This document shows, in pieces, positions 53,498 to 64,000 of a DNA stretch of 64,000 bases (its first letter is position 1; each line of letters begins with the position of its first letter). The stretch lies in the NCBI RefSeq assembly GCF_006345805.1, contig NC_043001.1:5146001-5210000 (forward strand), written 5' to 3'. A program made the translations under genes and the position numbers. The notes below the pieces were generated by a model. The model had not been told where the DNA came from, searched no databases, and saw only the letters and a list, made by a program, of their open reading frames with translations. This DNA is from Octopus sinensis. Lineage: Eukaryota.

Positions 53498-56400
53498 AAG
53501 TTTTATTTTTATAGCGTGCTTTCACTTCACTACCGAGCGATGCTCTGTGTGCCTTGGGTATGTGTCGTGATTTGTTGTGATGCTCTGATGGTTATTGTAT
53601 GGAAAGTGTTCTGCGTAGGATGTGTGCAGTGCCTAGTAGTGCAATTTTCTGTATGTTATATGTGTCTGTAAGTCCTGGTGTTTTTGTTATGTATTTGACT
53701 GAATATTTTTTTATCATGCCTAATGCACCTACTATGATAGGAATTGTTTCTGTTTTCAGATTCCACATTCTAGTTACCTCTATTTCCAGGTCTTTGTATT
53801 TTGAGAATTTCTCCATTTCTTTTAGAGACACGTTGTCATCTGCCGGTATTGATACATCAATTAAAAAGCATTTTTTTTCTTCATGATCTCTGACAACTAT
53901 ATCTGGTCTGTTGGCCTTAATTTCTCTATCTGTGTGTATCGGCATATCCCAGAGTATGGTTGCTTTCTCGTTTTCTGTGACCTTTTCTGGTGTGTGCCTA
54001 TACCATCTTTTTTCTGTGTTATTCCATAATGTTGGCATAGCTTCCAATGTATGTAGGTTCCAACTCTGTCATGTCTGTGAATATATTCCTTCTTAGCCAA
54101 GACTGGGCAGCTAGAGATAATATGATTTATTGTTTCTTGTCCATCTCCACATATTCTGCAGTTACTTGTAATATTTCTTTTCATTACATGTTTTTGGTAA
54201 TTTCTGGTGGGGAGGCTTTGGTCTTGTGCTGCAATTAAAAATCCCTCTGTTCTGCTTTGAGTCTTGAGCTTCTCAACCATTGCTGGGATTTTTCTTTGTC
54301 TATTTCTTTTGCGTTTAGTTTAGTTCAGTATTTACCATGAAGGGGCTTTTCTTGCCATCGTTTTATCATGGTTCGTTGCTGTTCTATTTTTAGTTTGGAT
54401 TTCATTTGTTTTATAGCTTTTGTTGTTTCTTCATCATCTTCTTCTTCTTCTTCTTCGTGTTTATTAGGTGGTATGATTTCTTGTCTGTATTTGTCAGCTT
54501 CCTTAAATACTGAGAACAGTTTTTTGTTTTGCTCGTGTTTTGCTGCTATCTGGATCAGTTTTCCTTCCTTCTGAAGTAGATATTTTTGCAGTCCTATGGT
54601 GGTTATTTTATAGTAGTTTTCCAGCTGTATAAGGCCTCTAACACCTTCTATACGTTGTATATATAGTCTTTCTATGTCAGATTTTGGGTGATGCATCCTA
54701 GATCCTGTCAGTATTTTTCGTGTTTTCCTATCTATTTTGGTCAGTTCATTTCGTGTCCAGTTAAGGATATTGTAGCTGTAACTTATAACTGGGACAGCTA
54801 AAGTGTTGATACCTATTATCTTGTTTTTAGCATTGAGCTCTGTGTTTAGTATTGATCTAACTCGTCTATAATATTCTTTTTTTATTTTCTCTTTCATTTG
54901 TGCGTGTTGTGTCTTATCTAGTTCATGGATTCATAAGTATTTGTAAGTTTGGCTTTGGTCTAATTCTTTTATTTCATTGGTTTTATCTAGTGTGATGTTA
55001 CTCTTAACTAGTTTTCCTCTTTTCATGGTTACTTTGGCGCATTTTTCTAATCCAAATTTCATATCTATTTCTTTGGTAAATCCATGAACTGTCTTTAATA
55101 GTGTTTCCAGCTGTTTGTCATTTGCAGCGTATAGTTTTAGGTCATTCATATATAAATGGTTGCTGATCGTTTTGCCGTAACATTTATATCCGCATCTAGT
55201 TCTATTTAGCATATCAGATAGAGGTGACAGTGCCAAGCAGAAAAGGAGTGGAGAGAGCGTGTCTCCCTGGAATATTCCTCTTCTAATGGGGATGTCTTTG
55301 GTTTTCATGAGTCCCTCTTATGTTTGGAGGTGTAGGACTGTTTGCCATTTATTCATAGAGTGCTCTATGAATTTTATGATTGTTGGTGCTACTTTGTTAA
55401 TGGCTAGTGTTTCGAGGATCCATGTGTGGGGGATGCTATCAAACGCCTTTCTGTAGTCAATCCAGGCCATACTGAGGCCTTTCTTCTTTCTGTGGCTGTC
55501 TTCAGTTACGGCTTTATTAATCATTAGTTGATCTTTACAGCCATATGAGCCTTTGCGGCATCCTTTCTGCTCTTCTGGGAACAGTTTGTTTTCGTCCAAC
55601 TGCTTGTTCAGCCTTTGCGATATCACTGCAGTAAATGCCTTGAACATAGTAGGGAGGCAGGTTATTGGTCTGTAGTTTTCTGGTTTTGCTGTTTCATTTG
55701 ATTTGGGAATTAAGATGGTTTTCCCCTTCGTGAGCCATTCAGGCATTGTCTCTGGCTCAGCTAGTACGTTGTTAAAGTTTTCAGCCAGCTTTTTGTGCAT
55801 TCCTGTTAGATATTTCAACCAGAAGTTGGGGATCTTGTCATGCCCAGGTGCCTTCCAGTTGCTTAGTTTTTGCAGTGCCTGGGTGACCTCTTCAGTTGTT
55901 ATGGGGGTCCAAAGTTGTTCAGATGCCGAGTTTGTTATTCTGATACTCCTTTTTTTTGGTGGTTCGTTCGCCGACCATATTTCTCTCCAGAATTCTTCCA
56001 ATTCTTCTGCCGTTGGTGCTGCAGTGACTTCTATTTAATTTTTTCCAGTTCTTGATAGAACTTTTTGGGCTTGGAGTTGGACTTTTTGTTCTGTTCAAAG
56101 AAGCGTTGGCGTTTCTCGTACCGGCGGATCCTTTGAGCTTTGGCAAGGATATCTTGCTTCAGCCTTTCTTTTATCTCCGGCAAATCTTTTTATGTGATGT
56201 TATATTTGCGGAGCATTGTTGTTCTCTTTTTGTTGCTCAGTAGCGTTGATTGTTTGCTGATTTCATTAAGAATCGACAGGTCTTTTCTAATTTTTTATAT
56301 TTTGCTTTGGATGTTATTTATCCACAGGGTTTGTTTGGGTGGTGGTACTCCTGTCTGGGCGGGTTTGGGTGAGTATCCAGCTTCTTTTGTGGCTGCAGTG

Positions 56401-57509
56401 GCTGCTGCGTATATTAGGTTATTTAGCTCAGTGATATCACTTTTTTTTTATTCAGTGGCTATCAGTTCAGTGACGGCTAGGTTTATGCTGTTTATAATAG
56501 GTGTTGTTATTTTGTTTATTTTGATTCTTGGGAGGTATGGTCGGTGGTCCATTTTGAGCTCTGTGGTTTTCAGTTCTTTGATTATTTTATTTTTTATATT
56601 ATCATAATCATTAGGCTCCCCTTCGTTGTTTACATCGTGTTTGTTGGGAATGTTGCGTTTGTCTTCGTGTTTTACAGTTTCAATGTTTATATTATTGGGC
56701 ATTGTTGTGTGGCTTCTATCTACATTTTCCTGGTGTATGTTTTCTTTTAGGTGTTCTATTTCTATTTCTGATATTTTTTTTGTGTTGAGAATGTATCTTC
56801 GTACGTTAGCTAATTTATTAGGCATTGTCTCTGGCTCTGCTAGTACGTTGTTAAAGTTTTCAGCCAGCTTTTTGTGCATTCCTGTTATATATCTCTATTA
56901 TTTTCCTTCCATATTTTATATGTATGTGTTGTTGTATTTTCATTTTTTGGGTAGAGTACTGCTGTGAAGTATGCGTGTAAGATAGAAATGTATTCCTCAC
57001 GTGTCCATTTACGTCTTTTGGTTTGTATTTGCGGGACATGAGGTACAACGTCCGGCCCATTATTTTGACGGTCGTCATTTTCGTAGGGTACCGGTCCGTT
57101 TATTTCTGTTGTCACATTATTTCGCACGTGTAGTTTTTCGTACATTTTTTGTTGTAAGTTTAATGTACGTACCGCTCGATTGTTATTCTTAGGTTGAATT
57201 GTATCGGTGGCATTTAATTTCTTCGTAGTTCCTTTGTACATGGTGTTTGGGGTCGGAGATGATCGTGATGTTCCACGCATGTTTACATGTGTTGCGTTAG
57301 AGGCGGAGATGATATCGAGTCAAAATACATCATTTCGTTTCGAAAATAGTAATAAATTTCAATTAGTATTACTTACTCGGATACAGTCCAATTCTTTGTT
57401 AGTAAAACTTTGGCTCCATAGGATGTCCTTGTTTTCGATGTTTGTGGATAGATTTCGGAGCTCTGAATTTTCTTTCTTACATCTTAAACGTCCCCGGTGT
57501 TCTTCTCCT

Positions 57510-57510
<1 letters not shown>
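53495..57510 (-). mobile_element. Near full-length R4/Dong-clade non-LTR retrotransposon (RT + CCHC + restriction-like endonuclease), ~4.0 kb, flanked by TAA repeats
   Basis: Domain order on the minus strand is an N-terminal RRKWTREE (Myb-like) segment, RT, the CCHC finger CRICGDGQETINHIISSC, and RLE NRPDIV..CFLIDVSIP..EK..KY. (TAA)n lies on both sides, the known target of Dong elements. Confidence 0.88.
53592..57280 (-). pseudogene. Frameshifted single ORF of the RLE retrotransposon (track pieces 56885-57280, 56448-56879, 55318-56001, 54931-55308, 54325-54897, 53897-54280, 53592-54047)
   Basis: RT motifs WKAPGHDKI, YRPITCLPT, EQKGCR, WIDYRKAFDSIPH and GIFQGDTLSPLLF are present. The catalytic YMDD reads YMND, and multiple frameshifts indicate an inactive copy. 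Confidence 0.9.
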
Positions 57511-57890
<380 letters not shown>

Positions 57891-57894
57891 TCTA

Positions 57895-58210
57895 GTGAGT
57901 AATTTATGTAGAATATGTGAGATGCCCATAAACATGATCTTTTGTAATTTGCTTATTGTGAGGTTGCCAGGTGTTCTGTCTACATCTTGTTATCTTCTCT
58001 TGATATCATTGCATGTGCTTCAATACTAGGCGGCTCTGCAGATATTGCGAGATGCATTATTCTTCCGATTACAATCTCCATTTACTTAAGTTTGTTCAAT
58101 TTTTTAAACATCATCACACATGTATTTTTGTCAGCTGGTGTTGCAACATTAGTGGGAGAACAAGTCTTTTCAATAGGATTTTTAAATATATTACAATGTA
58201 ACTTTCGTTT
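57895..58210 (-). mobile_element. Third, older RLE copy (endonuclease C-terminal region)
   Basis: Minus-strand pieces KTCSPTNVATPADKNT, KLNKLK*MEIVIGR and TPGNLTISKLQKIMFMGISHILH parallel CFLIDVSIPADDN, KFSKYKDLEIEVTR and TPGLTDTYNIQKIALLGTAHILR. Confidence 0.6.
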
Positions 58211-58679
58211 TCTATTTTGGTGATGGTGGCGATGATATTTATTCTCTCGTAGAATACAGTAAGCGTGTAGCAAAATGCTGATAATGTGGATTAAGAATAT
58301 AATATGAAAATGCTTATGAATGTGCTGCCAATAATAATTCAGGTGAAATTATTGAGGAGGAACATCATCACAAAATGTACAAACGAATAGGCAGCGAATG
58401 GCGTTCCCTCTCACGTAAACACCAGATCTCATCCAAGTAATCTACACACATTCATAATTTAATCAACTTTTATAGTGACAAAACTTCCACAGAGGATAAA
58501 GTATTTTCTGTCAGCTTTGTTCATAAACACCCCTATTACAGACATAAATACCAACTATAATTTCATATAGTTTCCCCTTTAATGACAATCTATCTACTAA
58601 ATATAATTAATAAACACAGTCCTTGATCTAGACAATCGTATTTGTCTATATTAATCGTCAATATTTAACTCAGAAAAAT

Positions 58680-58880
58680 GACGGCTGGCAAAATCGTTCG
58701 CAGTATTTCATCTGAGTTTACGCACAAGAGATGCCGCGGTCCTTTTCGTATTTTCTCGGTCCATGCAGTAAGTACTATTTGAGCATCGATACCAGCGTAA
58801 TCGATTTCTTCCAACTTCCCTGAAATTACAAGCAGTCAGTCAAAATTCGAAATCCCTCGTTAACTCAGAATTTCAAAACG
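58680..58880 (+). mobile_element. SINE family B, very degenerate
   Basis: gacggctggcaaaatcgtt...agtatttcatctgagttt...gtaagtact...gtaatcgatt. Confidence 0.4.
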
Positions 58881-60891
58881 AGCACACACCCGCTTATAAA
58901 ATTTGTAAGTTAATTTCGTATAAACCAAGCCAATGATAAAAATGTTGGCCAATATTATGATGGTGTTAATTCAAATAAAGATGTTATGGCGTCACAGTCG
59001 AGAAGAAAACAGTTAATTTACAAGTACTGTACTTTAATTCATCTTACGTGTACTTCAGTATTGTGTCAAATTAATTCTCTCACGCAATCTATGTACACCT
59101 ACCCCTACAATCCACACTCACTCCGCTCTTTCCTATTCTTGCTTTAATTCTCTAACCCTTTCTAAATGTCACGTTTAATGCTAATATTCAAGAATTTGAT
59201 ATTTATCTCTGCTATTTCTCCGATGAATGTCTTATGAAGTTATTAAATGAAAAGTAGCGTATATGCATACAAACATTTGAGTGTGGAGGTGATTAAATGT
59301 TCAAGTATATGCGTATCTGTGCATGTGTGTGGTGGGTAGGCGTGAATTGTGTAGCCATTCGTTGAACTCTATGTGTGCTCGTGTATGTAACTGGTATATA
59401 TATATACATACACACACACACACGATATTTCATGTATTAATGCGTTTTCTGACATGATTCGTCTTTCTAAATAGTAAAAAGTATCTTATGGTATTTCAAG
59501 CTAGATTATATAAAATATAATTGCCGACAATAACAGAATAATTTCTTGAGGGAATTTTCTTTCTTTCAAAGGTCACTGCATGAGAGAATTTTATACATTA
59601 TTATGATCATAATTCCATTACAGACAGAACAATGAGAGGAATGGTGTTGAAAAATGGAGGAAATGTTAGCTAGGTAAGTATATAGCAAAATGAAACAAAG
59701 CAGATTAAGAAGAACGAAAATACAACTCGAGAGAATGTTTCTCCATTGTACGTTTGGAAAAAAGATTCCTCTCTTCTATTTTGCTCAGCTGTAGAAGAGG
59801 CGTTACTAAGCTAGGTAGATAGAAATAGCGATGTCATGCAGAGAAATTGTTATTAGTCTTTTTCTCACAAATAAGTAAAAATCATGATTAACTCTTGAAA
59901 AAATTTCTGGTCGTTAGAAGATTTATCAAGAGCAATTCTGTGGGTGTCGTCTTTGTCACAGCCTTTAAGATACAAATTATGTTTTAAAGACACGGTATAA
60001 TACTTATGTTAGAATTCCTGAAAGTTGTTTTAGTTGCATTGACTCAGCAATTTAACGCATAACGATCAAATGAATATTTTTCGATGACTAATGGATGTTC
60101 AAAAGCCAAATGAGCCTATACTGTTCCTAAGATATTTCGAGTCCCTAATTTGTTATGTGAAATATTGGAAATAAATTTTAGAATAGCTTTTACGTGAACG
60201 ATTCCATTAGTCTCTTAGTATTCCGTTAGTATTTATGCTGCTTTTATCAAGTGGTGATACATAAAATTTACAAATTCTGTTGACGATTGTAACTTGTAAT
60301 TAATTGTTAATAACAAGTGATTCAATTAATGCACGTTGATTAAATTTCAGGAGACTGTTAATGTATGTGAATCAAATATTATTTATTATTTAGAATAAAT
60401 CTTAGAAATGTTTGCCGGCCATGCGAGTTCATAAAATGAACGCGATAAAATACTGAAAAAGAGAACGAGTAGAAGTGTTAGAAACTAGGTGATTGAAGTA
60501 TCGAGTGGTGATGGTTAAGGATGCTGCAGGGGATGGTTACGCAAATGCAAATATGCAGAAATATGCAGTTATGTCCGTATCTCAAAGACTGGTTATAGAT
60601 GATTAGTATTTGTATGTATTGTGTTGTAGTGTATCTGTGTATGTATTATATATATATTTCGTGTTCGGATTTGGTTTGCAAGAGTCTTTATATGAATTCA
60701 AAACGGACAGAGACAAAACTATTGAAAAGGTTGCAAGATGCAACGAAAATGTTGGGAAAATAAAAATAAGAAAAAAGAAAAATTTTACCGGTGAGTGTGT
60801 TACATAATAAGGCACAAGAAGAAAATGATTCTCCCCAGACACAACAGTATATATGTATGTATATATATATATATTATATATATATATATAT

Positions 60892-60978
<87 letters not shown>

Positions 60979-61164
60979 GTGTGTGTGTGTGTGCGTAGCC
61001 GAATTGCGAGGATGATCCGGTTCTTGACTGCATATTAGGGGCTTCGAATGACCCGTCCGTTTTTTGTGTCATCTATTTGAATGTTTTTGCGTTATTGTCC
61101 CATTTTTTATTTTTATATATAATTTTTATACATAAATTATTGCGGCGTAACGTAAACCTTGTTC

Positions 61165-61235
<71 letters not shown>

Positions 61236-61262
61236 GAGAGAGAGAGAAAGAGAGAGAGAGAA

Positions 61263-61311
<49 letters not shown>

Positions 61312-61313
<2 letters not shown>

Positions 61314-61698
61314 CGCAGGAGTTGCCGTGAAGGAAGAAGCTAGCCTCCCTACCACATGATTCCGGGTTCATTCTCACTGTTTGACACACTGGGCAAGTGT
61401 CTTGTACTATAGCATCAGGCCGACCAAAGGCTTGTGTGAGGAATCGGTAGAAGCAAACTGAAAGAAGCCCATCGTATATATACTTATATATATGCATTTG
61501 TTAGTTCTTCACCCACCTCCGCTTGACAACCGATGTTGGTGTGTTTACGATCCCGTTTCTTAGAAGTTCGATAGAATGAGATCGAAAAATAAATCCCAGT
61601 CTTACAAAGAATAAGTCCCGGGCTCCATTTGTTCGACTAAAGGCGGTGCTCCAGCATGGCCGAAGTCAAATGACTGAAGCAAGTAAAAGAGTAAAAGA
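61312..61698 (+). mobile_element. SINE family A, diverged
   Basis: gacgcaggagttgccgtg...ctgggcaagtgtcttgtactatagc...ggcggtgctccagcatggccgaagtcaaatgactgaagcaagtaaaagagt. Confidence 0.85.
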
Positions 61699-63129
61699 AT
61701 GTACAAACTATACGTGTAGTAAAGAACTATATACTTACGGTAAAAAATTTAAAACAACGCACGAATCCCTCGTGCTCACAAGATCAGGGTGTATTAGGTT
61801 GTCGTTCTTGGATATTGTTGGATGTCTTTAATATTTCGAGCAAATGCTCTTGTAATGAGATGGATGGGGAGAGAAAAACAAAATAACGAAAAACGAGAAA
61901 CGTACGTTAATTAAACTATCACTGCATGGTGATGAAACAAGAAGGGCTCGAAATTGTGTCAATGCGGGGGTGATATCCGGGGGTGACATGGGGAACGAAA
62001 TGCTATGGAATATGTTTGTGTCTGTGTACGTGTGTAAGTAACCACATCTGTATGTATGAAATTATGTGTGCTTCTGTATACATGGACCGAATATTTGTGG
62101 TTATGTGAGTGCACACATGCGCATGTGCGTGAGCCAGAATGCAAGGTAGTGTATACACGCACACACACATATATATACATACATATACGTGTATATATCT
62201 ATTTATACACACACACACACACATATACATATATATACGCATTCATACACATCCATACATAAACATATGCATATCCATGCCTACACACACATACATTCAC
62301 ACAAACACACCCATGAAGTCATGTAACGATTGTAGCCATTTAATAATTCCAAATCCGAAAGTGTATATTAGTTTTGCGTTTCACTAAGTTTATTTCATTT
62401 TGTAATCAATCTTTTGCTGTCATTATTCATTAGCAATACATTTTTTCTTCTTTTTTTAATGTTTATTGAACTATTTTCTTATGATTTATTACACCAAAAT
62501 TGCAAACAATTTTCTAGATTAAAATAATCGATAATTTCATTGTATTAAGAACTGTAATATAATAATACTCGTCTGCAAATCATATTAGCGAAACCAATAA
62601 TGCCATCTCACAGAGAAATATTGGAGTCGCATTTTCATTTCTTGAGCATTAGTTTCCAAATGTTTTCATATTTTGTAATATGTGGTTCATCGTCTGGCGC
62701 TCTATTTCCTTACACTTTTAGATATTTCTTATATACAATTGTGTCACACATAGCATATATGATTACTTCAGTAACTATAAGTATTTATGTAAGGTTTCAG
62801 ATATTCTCGTCCATGATGTGCCATCACCATTATTTATACTTATGTTCCTGAACGATGGTAGGAAACGAATCTACAGAGTTACATATTCCTCAAGAATGTT
62901 CGAAAAATTACATTTTCAATACACAAGCCAATGAAAGATATTCTTAGTGTGTAATTCTTATTCAAATTTTCATGAATTTTCTTTTCTTTCAACTAAATAA
63001 TTTCGTATTATATTTTTGTAGTGAATTTAATTCGCTTCTGTATATAGATATATATATATATATAGAATCCATTACTAATCAGCCCCTTCATAGCTATACT
63101 TACACCCATTCATATTCCCCCTTCTCTGT

Positions 63130-63400
63130 TTTTTTCTTCTTCTTCTTCTTCCTCTTCTTCTTCATCATCATCATTATCATCATCATCGTCGTCATCATCA
63201 TCACCACCATCATCACCACCATCTTCTCCTTCTCCTCCTTCTTCTTCTTCTTCTTCTTCTTCTTCTTCTTCTTCTTCTTCTTCTTCATCATCATTATCAT
63301 CATCATCGTCGTCATACTCATCACCACCACCACCATCATCGTCATCTTCTCCTTCTTCTTCTTCTTCTTCTTCTTCTTCTTCTTCTTCTTCTTCTTCTAC
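63130..63400. repeat. Compound (CTT)/(CAT)/(CAC) microsatellite duplicated with ~120-bp period
   Basis: The marker attatcatcatcatcgtcgtcat occurs at 63173 and 63293. Confidence 0.8.
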
Positions 63401-63759
63401 TTCTCCACCCCCTACCCCTTAACTTTGTCACTAATGTTTTTTAGTATAAAACCTACGCTAATTCTATAAACAAGCCTGTCAATATAAATATTCTCCTGAA
63501 TTGAACTGAGACTGCCAGCCGCCACTGACCATTCAAAATACGACCATCAGGGCACACCCAGATTCTCCCATCCCCCTTTCCCCACCAGCCTTCTTCCTCT
63601 ACTACCCTTCCAAGAACTCACAACGACCTCCGACACACAAGTGCAAACAAGGGAGTCAGAGAAAGGCAGAATGCCACTTAAATCTGAACACTACTATAGA
63701 AATATTCTTTTAAAAAAACTTTTCTTCTAATTTTTCTAAATTTAATTATTTAATCGTTA

Positions 63760-63797
63760 CAGTTGAAAAGGTCTCAAAATGACCGAAACCGGTACTG
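63760..63797 (+). ncRNA. Degenerate minimal hammerhead-like motif
   Basis: CAG-TTGAAAA-GGTC(tcaaaat)GACC-GAAAC-CG-GTA-CTG. All three stems pair, but the core has two deviations from CUGANGA. Confidence 0.4.
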
Positions 63798-63846
63798 AAA
63801 TGTTCACTATAAAATTATTTTAGCATTTTCTATTTTTGACTTGTTT

Positions 63847-63877
<31 letters not shown>

Positions 63878-64000
63878 CTTTATTTTAAGCAGCAGAAAAT
63901 TCAACAAAATCTGTTACTCTACCACTGGTATTTGAGTACTCTTTTTTCCACCTTGTTTCACATTTATGTGTTTACTCCGGTATATATATATATATAGGGA

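Noticed and set aside
57280-57510. Possible HDV-like ribozyme at the 5' end of the RLE element
   Set aside because: I could not build the nested double pseudoknot by eye; a descriptor search would be needed.

Overview
AT-rich, microsatellite-dense eukaryotic DNA. The SINE families I recognise point to a coleoid cephalopod, probably Octopus (recall, not a database result). I can support no host protein-coding exon, so the window looks intronic or intergenic; almost all ORFs in the track are translations of (TA)n, (CA)n or (TAA)n repeats or of SINE bodies. Transposon content: about 25 tRNA-derived SINE copies; decayed DD37D (maT) and mariner transposases; a hAT remnant; a CR1 3' end; a MITE; and a near full-length but frameshifted R4/Dong-type RLE retrotransposon (53495-57510, minus strand) stacked with two older copies in TAA microsatellite. 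Main result of the hunt: six type I hammerhead-ribozyme-like motifs, each with a palindromic stem III. Two sit in related non-coding monomers of 350 and 354 nt with terminal redundancy (33969-34517 and 39594-40071). Their hammerhead helices differ in sequence but still pair, which fits a retrozyme-like or Penelope-derived circular-RNA element. Also notable: a 298-bp-arm near-perfect foldback (21029-21666), a complete 2x2 head/body shuffle among SINEs, and a 68-bp templated insertion inside the RLE element. All alignments and folds were done by eye, so boundaries are approximate unless stated exactly.
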